From contig NC_059425.1 of the NCBI RefSeq assembly GCF_021028975.2, positions 29,450,001 to 29,514,000 of the forward strand: a stretch of 64,000 nt of DNA. Reading direction: 5' to 3'. The notes under the pieces were generated by a model. That model was not told the origin of the DNA. It made no database searches and saw nothing but the letters and a program-made list of their open reading frames with translations. Made by a program: the position numbers and the translations under genes. Positions within the stretch are counted from its first letter, which is position 1. Every line of letters begins with the position of its first letter. The stretch is from Sphaerodactylus townsendi (Eukaryota). Positions 12,530 through 24,790 of the stretch are shown piece after piece.

Positions 12530-14489
12530 GTGAGAAAAAAAATCAGTGCACAGCAGAAAGTGACCTTTTGGAACCAATCAGAATGTGTTTTTTGCCTGTG
12601 CCTGCTGTATATGAAGTCCCTGCCTAAGAGTGTGGCATGATGCTCAGCAGCAAGAATTCATTTAATGTCGTCTTTTATCTAAAGGAGAGAATAATTAGCT
12701 CAGATGCTTAGGTAATATTTGTGATATAGAGCTGCTGATGAATTTGGAGTGCAGGGTGCTTGGGTGTCAAATGGGGCGGAAGAAACTGACCCAACTGAAA
12801 ATGGCTGAGCTCTAATGAACACAAGGGCTTCTGTAAGTGATGACACTTTAATTGCCAGCCTCCTCGGCTTCTTTCTGTTTGACTGTTCTTCATTCATTGA
12901 CATATTTCCAGATGGACTCCCTGTGGAGGCCAGAGGCTAATAAGTAAGACTGGAGTACAGGGTGCCAGAAGTCTAAAAATGATTTACAAGCCAAATACAG
13001 CAAATAATAGGTTCAGTACAGGTATTATATACAACTTCAATAGGGAAATTCTGTAAAGCTTACAAGCAAGAGAAAAACACACAAGAAAAGTGCAGGTTTT
13101 CATTTTGTCCCCAGCTTATAAACTTGTTTATGGAATTGCCATGTTGAAATTGTATATGATATCTGTATTGAAATTATTTGCTATATCTGACTTGTAAATC
13201 TTTTAATAGTCTTTTTTGTTGTCATTTTTGATTTATGGACATGTTATGGTACAGTCTTGTACTTTCGTTATTACAATAATATTTTGTGTTTCCCATCACA
13301 TTTATACACACACATATCTTTTGGTATTTTTTATGGTTTTACTGTTATTTTTTAGACTTCTGGTACTCTGTGCCCCTTGTTCTTGTCTTTGAAAGGTCTA
13401 CTCCTTTTTTGTTTAAAAAAAGACTCAGCACCATGTTTGGCTCCAGGAGAATTTAAATTACTTCTGCTTACTAAAATTTCTTTCTTACCTTCTACTGACC
13501 ACGGTCTGGAAAGTGGCTTTGGAATCCACAGAACAGCCATAAATAAACTCAGACAGCAGATAATTAGGAGCAACTAGTATTAATTAACCAGATTAATATC
13601 AGAGCTGGCTAAAAGTCTTTTTTTGTTTGTTTTTTCTGTAATGACTGCCACACTGGCTTAAGGAAAAATGAGGTAGCACGAGGTATAAGGTGATACTTAC
13701 TTGGGAAGGAGTCTCTTAATTGATGTGCAGCAGCTAATTACCCCCTCCCCCCCCACTCACTATTACATTAGGGATTTCACCGACTCTCAGCTGCTGAGCA
13801 AATTCAGAAGGCAGACTATGCTCAGGATTTAAAGGGCAGGTGTGACTTAAATGGGCATCCCAATATCTGAATTATTGCAGATTTTAGAAGAGAATGGAAG
13901 ATTGAGAAAAATCATTCAGGGACTCAGAGTCCTGGCTTCCAAAAGCAGTACTTGAGGCAAAACTTGATCCTTGAGCTTCAGTAGAAATGCACCAACTGTT
14001 TCTTGTGGAAGTTTTTGTTTTCATTAGTCTAGTGCAACTTTAAGCAACTAAATTTTGGAATGAAACCCTCCTTCACTGTTAGAGACTCACATATGTACCT
14101 AGCTACCCACATAGTTATCATTGTTTGGGCGTATCATTTTTCCTGAAAGTTTCTGGAGTCTTTCCACATCTGTATGCGGCGTGTAAGCAAAGATGATGGC
14201 CGGGACATCAGGCATTAGCACTGCATTAAGGCCACAACGGGAGAGGCTTTGTTGGAAGGCTGCCTAGAGTTGCTGGAGAGGCCTGATGTTACTTGTGCTG
14301 TCAGTCTGAAAAACCTGGGGGAGGGGGTGCGATGGGGCCAACTTAGTGATCTTAGAATTGTTTGAATTTTGGCTACCTGGTAACAGCAGTTCTCACCTCA
14401 TATTCAATTTCCTGCCAGTTGTTTTCAGACTTCTGAGTTTTATTTGACAATAGACCCCTTCAACAAGCAGGATATATCACTATTTAGAG

Positions 14490-14624
14490 CACAGGTGTCA
14501 AACTCGTGGCCCTCCAGATGTTACAGACTACAGTTCCCATCATCCCCTGCCAGCATGATGCTGGCAGGGGATGATGGGAACTGTAGTCCATAACATCTGG
14601 AGGGCTGCGAGTTCGACACCTATG
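14490..14624. mobile_element. Palindromic hAT MITE
   Basis: Near-perfect 135-bp hairpin CACAGGTGTCAAAC...GTTCGACACCTATG; perfect 8-bp TSD ATTTAGAG. Confidence 0.92.
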
Positions 14625-14674
14625 ATTTAGAGGCTATTTAGAGAACTTCAGTTCAGTCCATGGAGCAGAACCTT

Positions 14675-14931
14675 GAGGAGGAAGTGTTTGGATTTATATC
14701 TCCCTTTTCTCCTTTCCCTTCCCCCCTCACAACAAACACCTTCTGAGATGGGTGGGGCTGAGAGAGCTCAGAAGAACTGTGACTAGCCCAAGGTCACCCA
14801 GCTGGCAGGCGTTGGAGTGCATAAGCTAATCTCGTTCACCAGATTAGCTTCCACAGCTCAAGCGGCAGAGCAGGGAATCAAACCCAATTCCCCAGATTCG
14901 AGTGGACCTGCTCTTAACCACTATACCATGC
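14675..14931 (-). mobile_element. Squam3-like SINE
   Basis: gtgactagcccaaggtcacccagc core; ends ctcttaaccactataccatg. Confidence 0.85.
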
Positions 14932-15269
14932 TAGGAAAAGGATTTAATTAGCATGATGTAGCTGCAACTGTGAAAAACATTCCCTCCCAGTAAACCCCCC
15001 TCCCCCTCAAAAAAAAATCCCCACCCTGCTGCTGCATTGACTCTTGATACACACCTCTTACTTGCAAGACTTCAGTAGGTATTAATTCTCCTTCAAAGAA
15101 TAATTTATTTGATTTCAGAGGTTAGGTTTGACATAGGAGCCCTGAAGGAACAGGCCAACGGTCCTTCTAGTCCAACATCCTGTCTCACATAGTGACCAGC
15201 CAGTTGCCCTGGAGGTTCAGCAACAGAGCATAGAGGTCTCTGTCAGGTTGCTTTGCTTAAATGTAACTT

Positions 15270-16528
15270 AAGAACATAAGAACTAGTCTGCTGGATCAGA
15301 CCAGAGTCCATCTAGTCCTGCACTCTGCTACTCGCAGTGGCCCACCAGGTGCCTTTGGGAGTTCACATGCAGGATGTGAAAGCAATGGCCTGCTGCTGCT
15401 CCCGAGCACCTGGTCTGCTAAGGCATTTGCAATCTCAGATCAAGGAGGATCAAGATTGGTAGCCATAGATCAACTTCTTCTCCATAAATCTGTCCAAGCC
15501 CTTTTTAAAGCTATCCAGGTTAGTGGCCATCACCAGCTCCTGTGGCAGCATATTCCAAACACCAATCACACGTTGCGTGAAGAAGTGTTTCCTTTTATTA
15601 GTTCTAATTCTTCCCCCTAGCATTTTCAGTGAATGGCCCCTGGTTCTAGTATTGTGAGAAAGAGAGAAAAATTTCTCTCTGTTAACATTTTCTACCCGAT
15701 GTATAATTTTATATTCAATCATATCCCCCCTCAGACGTCTCCTCTCCAAATTAAAGAATCCCAAACACTGCAGCCTCTCCTAAGGAAGGTGCTCCAATCC
15801 CTCAATCATCCTCATTGCCCTTCTCTGCACGTTTTCTATCTCTTCGATATCCTTTTTGAGATGTGGTGACCAGAACTGAACACAGTTACTTTCGAGAGAT
15901 GCGGTGGCTGCAATGTCTTTATAGGGCGCATGCCAAGTGCTACGGTTTATTATCAATTCCTTTCCTAATTATCCCCAGCATAGAGTTTGCCTTTTTCACA
16001 GCTGCCATTCAGTGAGTTGACATTCCCATGGAACTATCAACTAAGATGCCCAAATCCACTTCCTGGTCTGTGACTGATATATTACCCTGGCAGCTTGTAT
16101 GTGAAGTTTGGATTTTTTGCCCCTATGTGCATCACTTTGCATTTTGCTACATTGAACTGCATTTACCATTTCTTAGCCCACTCACCTAATTTATCAAGGT
16201 CCGCTTGGAGCTCTTTGCAATCCTTTGTGATTCTCACCACCCTACATAATTTGGTATCATCTGCAAACTTGGTCACCACGCTACCCACCCCTACTTCCAG
16301 GTCATTTATGAATAGGTTAAAGAGCACTGGTCCCAAAACGGATCCTTGGGGGACACCACTCCCTACATCTCTCCATTGTGAGAACTTCCCATTTACACCC
16401 ACCCTTTGTTTCCTGTTCCTCAACCAGTTTTTAATCCATAGGAGGACTTCCCCTCTTATTCCTTCATTGCTGAGTTTTCTCAATTGTGTCTGGTGAGGAA
16501 CTTTGTCAAAAGCCTTTTGGAAATCCAG
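15270..16528 (-). mobile_element. 5'-truncated CR1 LINE
   Basis: RT motifs DFQKAFDKV, SGVPQGSVLGPVLFNLFINDL, KFADDTKL; C-terminal LERRRLRGDMI..RTRGH..KL; 3' tail agaacataagaac. Confidence 0.95.
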
Positions 16529-16679
16529 GGGTTTGCTAAAAAAACATCCCTTTACATGTGTCATTCTCCCATCTTCTAGCTCTGATTGGTATCCTGCAGC
16601 ACATTAGATACTTGTTTCATGGCTCCCTTTGTGCCATACTGCAGGACCACAGAGGTGCCTAGATTTGGATTCAGAGCCA

Positions 16680-16955
16680 TTGTGGTGTGGTAGGGAGGAA
16701 CATAGTATAGTGAGCAGTGGACTCTAATTTGGAGAACTGGGTTTGATTCCCCACTCCTCCACATGAGTGGCAGAATCTTTATGTGGTGAACCGGGTTTGT
16801 TTCCCTGCTCTTCCACATGAAAGGTCACTGCTGGGCCCTTGGCCTCGTAAAAGTTCTCTCAGCCCCACCTACCTCACAAGGAGTCTGTTGTAGGGAGAGG
16901 AAGGGAGAGGAGTTTGTAAGCTGAAAGGGGTTATAAATCCAAACTACTCTTCTTA
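16680..16955 (+). mobile_element. Squam3-like SINE
   Basis: gtggactctaat..ggagaactgggtttgattcccc; ctcagccccacctacctcacaagg; tail aaatccaaactactcttct. Confidence 0.85.
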
Positions 16956-17134
16956 ACTGTGTGTCAGCACTTGGCAAGCAAAGACTTGAGGCAGGATACT
17001 ATTTGGGTTTATGTGACTGCCTGACAGTTGACACATCAGTTGCTGAATTCACTTCTGCTGAGTAACTAGGCATAACTAGAGCAGTACTGTTCTCTTGTAC
17101 TTATTTGCATGAGGTGTTAGCTTGCCTTCAGTCT

Positions 17135-18100
17135 TTTTAATTATTTGATTTATACCCCTCCCTTTTCCGACAGAATCAGACTCAGGGTAGGAAAATGTTA
17201 CAATTTAAATTCATATAATAAATTAAAACATTCATCAATAAAAAATCCCTCAATATACAAGACTGGGGAGGCCAGACTGATAGGGTAGAAGACAACAACT
17301 AACCAATTTATAGGGACTATAGGAATAGGAAAAAGGGTTTAATAATAAACATAGAGGGGAAAAGCAAAGAAAAAAACAAGTTTGAGGGGAGGGGGAGACA
17401 AAATAGGTCAGATTGATGTAACCATTGTTGTCTTCAACCAAAGGCCCAGTGGAACATCTCTGTCTGATTGACCCTGTGAAACTGCAGCAAATCCCTCAGG
17501 GCTCTGGTGTCACTTGATTGATAGTTCTATCAAGCCAGGAGCAGAGCTGAAAACGCCCTGGCTCTGGTTGAGGACAGCTAGATGGTCTTTGGGCCAAGGA
17601 CTACCAGTAAATTGTTTCCAGCTGAGCCGAACATTTCTGATAGGTGTTATCGGAGAGACAGTCCCACAGATACGAAGATCCCAGATCATAGCGGGTTTTA
17701 AAGGTTAGAACAAATACTTTGACCTTGATTTGGTATTCCACTTGGAGCCCTAGTGCACCTGACGGAGCATTGGTTGGACATGTGCTCTCCTTGGGGCTAT
17801 GTGAGGACTCATGCCACTGCATTTCAGACCAGCTGGAGTTTCTGGAGCAGTCTCAAGGGTAGCCCTGCATAGAGTGAGTAACATACAGTGTCAAGGACAG
17901 GGTGAGATAGGCAGGGAAACAGTGGCCTGATCTGGCGGAGATGAAAAAAAACACTCTGGCAACATTCATGACCTGTGCCTCCATTGATAAGGATCACACC
18001 TAAACTCTTGACAGACAGTGCTGATATTAACTGCACACCGTCAAGCGTGGGAAGAGGGAATCCCAACCCCAGCCCAGCCCAGCACATCAAGTTCATCTTT
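17135..18100 (-). mobile_element. Old L2 LINE 3' part
   Basis: Minus-strand remnants VKSLGVIL, LYAGLPLRLLQKLQLV, KVFVLTFK; tail ttatttgatttatacccc. Confidence 0.8.
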
Positions 18101-18772
18101 GATTAATTTAGCTTCTAGTGGCTATGATTGGGTAGCTGAGCCCTTCACCTTTCGCAGTGTTTGCTTGATGGAGCTGAAGCTGACTTGGGGAGGGGGTTAA
18201 TTCATTCTTGCTTTCAAATAGGAGCGGGTATAGGATTGTGTACAGGCATTGAGGGCAGTTTTCTGGTTCTGCTTCAAGTTAAGGGCTTCAGGGAGCTCAT
18301 TTGATCCCTTGTAGTGCTGATGTGAAAGTTTCTAAATTGTGCATTTTTCTAAACAACTTTGATTCGTCTTCAGGAAAGCTAGCTTATACTGTACATTAGC
18401 AACTCTTGACAATTGCCCGTTCCTTGCCTCTGGAAAAGGACATAGCTGTAATTTGTGTCTTAAGGAAACAGGAAATTAAACTAATTGAAACTAGTGAATA
18501 ACCTGGTATCTTTAACAGAGCAGAAATTTCTAAGGCACTAAAAGCGCCTTAGCAAAGACCTGTCAAAACTGTTTGTATCTGATTCTGTCCATAGAATATT
18601 TTCTCTATTGTAGCAGCCTAAAAATATTATGCAGCCTTGAGTAACAGGTGTGGTCCTCACAAACACTGCAGGATGTGATGGCTTGCACATACCTACATTA
18701 ATTAATATCTGCTTTCAAATTGGTATGGGGCTGTGCGCAGGCATTAAGAGTTGTTTTCTGATTCCACTCTAG

Positions 18773-18862
18773 CATGCCAATGAAGATGTGGAGAGGATGC
18801 TGCTAGGAAATAAGTGTGACATGGAAGACAAGAGAGTGGTACCAAAAGCAAAAGGCGAGCAG
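18773..18862 (+). CDS. RAB10: RAB10 coding exon 4
   Basis: ctctag|CAT GCC...GAG CAG|gtgagt; 90 nt; [30 protein letters not shown], with the G4 NKxD motif. Confidence 0.98.
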
Positions 18863-19133
18863 GTGAGTAGAGGCCTGTCCTGAGCCAAGGAGGCTCTAGG
18901 CCAGACGTTTCCCCCTCAAGCAATGGAAAGTCTCTGGTCTCTCCTTTGATCGTCAAGCTTGCTGGGGAATTTCTCCCGGAAAAGTGCATTGGGCATCTGC
19001 CACATAGGGTGACCTCACTTGAATGGTCACCAAGGGCAGGCAGTTCAGCCATGTCTGGAGGGCTGCAGTGGACTTGTCTGCGTTGAAATTGTTCACAGAC
19101 ACAGCAGCTGTCTGGCTCAGCTCAGTAGGGGTG

Positions 19134-19248
19134 TTCTACTGGACGTGGAAGGACGTCTTGAATGGGTGTTTCCCAACCCGTTCTCAGGGAGGCAGGATGT
19201 AGTTTTTCATCACTTCCTGTGAACTGCTTGGTCACCCAATTCTCCAGT
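19134..19248 (+). repeat. DIRS left inverted terminal repeat
   Basis: Reverse complement of 24641-24756 apart from one substitution and one indel near the outer end. Confidence 0.95.
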
Positions 19249-19457
19249 TTAATTCCCTGCCTAACAGGGAGAGCAGCAACTTTTTGAGGCTCTGCAAAAA
19301 TTTCTGTCTAGTCTCTGTAGTGTCTGTCCTTGTCGTATCTTGACTATCTAAACCTTTCCTGTCTCCCGTTGTTCCCTTCCCCCTCAGTTTTCTTCACTTT
19401 TCTCGGCGGGAGAGTCCTGGTCTACCGGACTCTTCCCGCCAAAAAAGGGAGCCCAAA

Positions 19458-21302
19458 ATGGCCGACCGCTTCTCCCCTCCCAGGGAGACCTTCACAAGGT
19501 CCTCGGCCGAAAACACCAGGGCTTCCTCCCGCAACAAGAAGGAAGGAAAGCAGCCTCTCCCCCCGAGGGGAGAAAGTTCCCAGCCGCAAAACAAAAAGCC
19601 GCGAACGGAGGAACCGCGCGGCAAGAAGAAACGGACGGCGGAGCGTCAGACCCCGGCAGCCGGCGGCGGTGGAGCTAGCCTCGCCGGAGGGCGGTTCTCC
19701 CGCACGGGTCTCCCTTGCCCAGCACCGGCATCCTCCTTCCCCTCAGGGGGCCGTTGAGCTTGCCGAGGACCCGGGAGCCTCCGCTTCGCGGACGGATGCC
19801 TCAGACCGCCCACCTCCTTCGGCAACGGAGGGCGCCGCCGCGGAGGCTCGCAAGCGTGGCGCGCACAGCTGACTCTTCGGATGAGGAAGGGGAGGAGAGC
19901 GATGCCTTCTCCACCAGGCAAGATCGCGCCCACGGCAACGGGAGAAGGGAGAAGGGCTTAGAGTCCTATTCTGCCCATAACCCCAATTCTTGGCATGACG
20001 CTTCCCCAGATCAGTTAGTAAGCCTATTCAGGAAAGCCATGAGGGAGGAGATCCAGACCTACCATAGGAGGGAACACGGGGCAAGGAGGAGGAGACGCTC
20101 CCCATCTCCCTCCAATCGCTCCGGCTCATCCATAGACCCCAATAGGAGGGGCAGGTCTAAACATAGAGCCATAACCTTCCCAGGGGAAACCGATGAGGAA
20201 CTAACCAGTGTAGAAGGGTCAGAGGAGGAGTCCGAGCATTTCTCTGAACCAGATGAGGCAGAGGCAGATGCGCAAGAGCAACCCTCCAAATTCTTTAATG
20301 TGGAGAACATCTCCAACCTCATCTCCAAGGCCATTGCAGCGTTAGATCTCAGGGATTCCTCTGACGCTGTAGACCCCATAGCCACACCTAATGAGGGCAA
20401 ACCCCTTAAGGGCGTCCCTAAAGGGAGGAAGGAGATCTTCCCACATCAGGACCGCAACCCAGATTTTTTTGCCAGTCCCGGAATTCTTCCACCGGGGCAT
20501 TCTCAGAGAATGGGCTTCTCCCACCTCAGGCAAAAACCTATCCTCATCATTCAAAAAATTATATCTGGTTCCTGAATATATCAATAACATGCTCAAGTTC
20601 CCCCTGGTCGACGCCCCGGTCGCCGCCCTGCAATCAGGGGGCCTGGTCTCAAAGGACGGAGTAGGCACCATTAAAGACCAATTAGATAAACGTACCGAAG
20701 CCATTCTTAGGAAGGCCCATGATAGCCTGGCAGCCTTAACCAAGCTCCTCCTCTCCTCAGCCACTATGGCAAGGGCATCCATCGTTTGGCTGCGTAGAAT
20801 CATAGAGATGCTACCCCCTGAATCTAAAGCCATCAGAGAGGGGGTGGAAAGAATTCTACAAACTTCCTCCTACCTAGCCGACTCTAACCATGAGGGGCTC
20901 CTCCTCACGGCCAAAATCATGGCCAATAACATAGTGGCCAGAAGACATGCATGGCTCAGGGCCTGGCCTGCCGACATGCTATCCAAACATCTGGTGGCAG
21001 GCTATTCCTTTCAGGGCAACACGCTCTTCGGACAGGAACTAGAGCAAGTTCTCATCCAGACAAAAGACAATAAAAAGGCCATGCCCAAGTCCATCAGACC
21101 AGACCACCCAAATCAGAGTTCAAAAACCCACACCAGTTTCAGATCTCACAAAACTCTTCCTAGGTTCAACCGAGACGGTAACCGTTGGCAAGCCAAGCAA
21201 GGTTTTCGCAAACGCACGGGAAACTTCAACAGTTCCTTTCGCAACTACAACAACACCAAACCGGGCAAGACCTTCCGCAACGACAATCCAACCAAACAAT
21301 GA
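19458..21302 (+). pseudogene. DIRS ORF1 (gag-like), split over several frames
   Basis: aaaATGG start at 19458; basic then acidic low-complexity N-terminus; intact C-terminal part with KFPLVDAPVAAL...KDQLDKRTEAILRK...ARRHAWLRAW...GNTLFG typical of vertebrate DIRS gag. Confidence 0.8.
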
Positions 21303-21315
21303 CTACCCGCACATT

Positions 21316-23210
21316 CCAGTAGGGGGTCGTCTTCAATTCTTCACACATCAGTGGCAAGGAGACCATGTCGATCGGTGGTCCCAGGAGGTCATACAATCAG
21401 GGTACTCAATCGAGTTCGCACGCCTTCCCCCTCAACGTTTCCGGGCCTTCCCAATCAACGCCAACATAACCAAGGCACAAAGGACGAGATGCGCTATCCA
21501 ACATCTGCTCAGCATCAGGGCGATAGAGCCAGTGCCCAAATCGGAGAGATACTCGGGTGTTTTCTCTCACTTTTTCACCGTGCCCAAACGCAACGGGGAC
21601 TGGCGGGCGATCCTGAACCTAAAATTCATCAATCAACATCTGCAACTTCATCGGTTCAGAATGGAGACCCTTCGATCCATAGTAGAAAACCTCAGACCCG
21701 GAGATTTCCTGACCTCCTTGGATCTAACCGAAGCATATCTACATATTCCGATTCACCACACACACAAAAAATTCCTACGCTTCGCGATAGGCCAACAACA
21801 GTTCCAGTTCAGGGCACTCCCATTCGGATTGGCCACAGCGCCCCGAGTTTTTTCCAAAATCCTTCTATGCCCCATCACAGCACTGCGACAACAGAAGATC
21901 CATGCATATCCATATCTCGACGACATCCTGATCCGCTCGGGTTCGGCCCAGCAAGCAACTCAGGACGTCCAGACCGCTCAACAGGTTCTTCAGAACCACG
22001 GATTCATAGTCAACTTGGAAAAGAGCACGATCCTTCCATCCCAAACCATGGAGCACTTAGGAGCTCTCATCGACTGGCACTAAATTCCCTCTTCATCCCA
22101 GCGGCCAAAGTTTATGTCGCTTCCAACAGACTCTTGACCTCCATCATCTCAGGGGGAACAGCACTCCCTCCTCCTCTTGGCCCGAGCCTGATGGGATTGA
22201 TGGTGTCCGTTTTTGGAGCATGCTACATTTGGGCCAGATTCCACATGCAAGACCCACTGCAAATTTTTCTAAGCCCATTCCAATACCAGATCATAATGAA
22301 GCAAAGATCGAACTGTGAGGCCACCCCCTCGACTAAAGAAGGAGCTCAGATGGTGGACCAACGAACTCCAACCTCTCCAAAGGCAAAGTTTATCTCCACT
22401 CAGACAGGAGTCAACCCCAATCACCGATGCCAGCCTCCAGAGGATGGGGAGCAACCCTAGGAACCCAGGTAGCCCAAGGTCTCTGGACAGAGGAAGAATC
22501 CCTCCTGACCATCAACATCCTGGAGACAAGATCCATTTTCAACGCACTCCTCACTTCCAAACAGCTTATCTTCAGGGGAAACATGTCCTAGTTCGCTTAC
22601 GGACAACACCACGACCAAAGGCGTACCTCAACAATCAAGGGGGGTCCAGGTCAACACAAATGCACCGGGAAGTTTCCCGGATCCTCTCCTGGGCCGAGAA
22701 TCACCTGCTATCCATACTCAGAGGAACACATCAGAGGCTGGTTGAATGTCACTGCCCGTTGGCTAAACCAGAAAAAATCCATGGCAGAAGCAGAATGGAA
22801 GCTGAAACCGACCATCTTCCAGTGGATTAGCGGGAGAGCTGGGTCACCCCGCCTTGGACCTCTTTGCATCAACAGAAAACCATCAAACTCCCCAGTTCAT
22901 GTCACGCTTCTTCCACCCCAGAGCATCCAGGAGTAAGACTGGCGCTGCTAACACCATGGCCAAAGGCCCTGCTATATACCTTCCCTCCTCTTCCAATCAT
23001 TCCGAAAGTCTTGAGGAAAATAGCAGCAGAACAGGCCCGGCGGTATTACTGAGTAGCCCCAAATTAGCCCATGACCACAGCTATCATCAATCCTGGAGAT
23101 GGCATCCTCCCCGGGCCTTCAACTTCCCACACCACCGGACATGCTAACGCACTTGGGGTCCCAATGCGCCCACCCCAAACCACAGTGGTACAAGCTGACC
23201 GCGTAGCGCA
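21316..23210 (+). pseudogene. DIRS ORF2: reverse transcriptase, RNase H and Dam-like methylase; intact to 22083, then frameshifted
   Basis: PVGGRL start; VPKRNGDWRAILNL, LDLTEAYLHIPI, QFRALPFGLATAPRVF, YLDD (21913-21924); RNase H TDAS (22423-22434); methylase DLFAS (22857) and YTFPP (22975). Confidence 0.92.
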
Positions 23211-24307
23211 GAGCGGGAACCTCCGAAGGGGAGTAAGGGGAGTTACTCCTGAACTAAGTTTTCCAAGCACCATCCCTAGCATCCAGAAGGACTTCCACCC
23301 AGGAACATCTACAACTCGCCGTGGAAGGCCTTGCATTGAGATAGTCTTGGAAGGAAATCAATCACGACCCCCCCTTAGCCAACCCTGCTGCATAAATCTC
23401 TTAGCCGTTCCTACAGGATGGATTTAGCCAGGGCCTACATGGTGCATAACCTTGAGGCGCCAGGTCGCCTTGACCCTCAACTTTGTCCTGCCAACCTTTC
23501 AGGACTACCCCATCTCTAGACATCCCAATGTCATCAGATTCCTTACAGGTGTCAAACAAATTCTGCCACTGACTGTTCACAGGTTTCCAGAGCTTAGCGG
23601 TTGCATCTGGTCCCTGCTCGGCTCTTACCAAAGCCCCTTGCGAGGCCCATACAAACAATCCATCTGAAGTTGTTCTTGAGATGAAAGCTCTTTTTCTTCT
23701 AGCAATTACATCAGCCCGAAGAGTTTCAGAAATTCCAGCCCCTCTCCATAGAGTCAGAATTCTGCATCTTTCACAAGGGCCCAGTTGGTCCTCAGACTGG
23801 ACCCGCCGCCGTGCCCCAAAGTCAGCTCCAAGTTTCACCTGTCTCAACAAATAGTCATACCATCTTTTTGTGCAACTCCGTCACACCCAGCTGAAAAACT
23901 GGTGGCAGCTTGGGCGTCCGTGGGAGCTCTAAAAGCCTTCATAGTTAGGGCAAGAGTCCATTAAGCGTGTCACATAGCCTCTTCATCGAAAATGTTTCCC
24001 CCCCCAACCTGGGGGGGAGGGCATGATAAGGCAGCCATCAGCAGAACTATCAAAGCTTGCATCATTGAAGCATATAAGGCGTCGAACCATCCTCTCCCAC
24101 ATGGGATCACTGCTCACTCCACGCGCCCAGTGCGGCGTGATAACGCCGCCCTTTCAGGAAACAAGGTTCCCCTTATAGACATCTGTAGGGCTGCCACCTG
24201 TGGTCTTCTCAGTATCAGCCTTTGTCAGGCACTACAAACTTCACTCCTTAGCAGCATCAGAGGCCACCTTTGGTAGGCGAGTGCTGGAACACATCATCGA
24301 GGGGTGA
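23210..24307 (+). pseudogene. DIRS tyrosine recombinase ORF, frameshifted
   Basis: LLAITSARRVSE (23711-23731 core), AHSTR (24112-24126), DICRAA, FVRHY (Tyr codon 24233-24235), FGRRVL..*; start approximate. Confidence 0.9.
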
Positions 24308-24342
24308 TCTGACCCACCCATTTGGGACTGCTCTGGGAGTTC

Positions 24343-24436
24343 CCCATTCAAGGCGTCCTTCCGCGTCCGGTAGAGGCGGTCCATTAGTTTACTTACCGAG
24401 AAGGGTCCTTCTACTGGGCGTTGGAAGGACGTCTTG
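24343..24436. repeat. DIRS internal complementary region (ICR)
   Basis: First part is complementary to the start of the left ITR; second part to the right extension and end of the right ITR. Confidence 0.92.
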
Positions 24437-24640
24437 GCATTAACTGGATCAGCGTTATCCCCCGATTGATGGATTCCTACATTGTACATATTCTTCAAAA
24501 AGTTAGCGCAGAGCCTGTCCTTTCACTGTTGTCACGTTGGCTGATGTTTATAAGTTTATTAAGACGTTGTGAAATTAGTGGGCTTCCCTGTTACTATTAT
24601 ACTATGCCTTAGTGGCTCTCACTGCTCTCGTCAGTCATCT

Positions 24641-24790
24641 ACTGGAGAATTGGGTGACCAAGCAGTTCACAGGAAGTGATGAAAAACTACATCCTGCCTC
24701 CCTGAGAACGGGTTGGGAAACACCCATTCAAGACGTCCTTCCAACGCCCAGTAGAAGGACCCTTCTCGGTAAGTAACCAATGGACCGTTT
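24641..24790 (-). repeat. DIRS right inverted terminal repeat plus right extension (24757-24790)
   Basis: actggagaattgggtgacc...cccagtagaa is inverted relative to the left ITR; extension ggacccttctcggtaagtaaccaatggaccgttt is complementary to the ICR. Confidence 0.95.

Larger units (their letters stand above)
19134..24790 (+). mobile_element. Full-length DIRS1-type tyrosine-recombinase retrotransposon in RAB10 intron 4, sense orientation
   Basis: Left ITR 19134-19248, right ITR 24641-24756 plus 34-nt right extension ending TTT, ICR 24343-24436, no TSD; gag, RT/RH/MT and YR coding remnants in DIRS order. Confidence 0.95.

Noticed and set aside
12209-12640. 143-aa ORF as a single-exon Rab-like gene
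   Set aside because: Only 12391-12529 is Rab-like and it is bounded by canonical splice sites.
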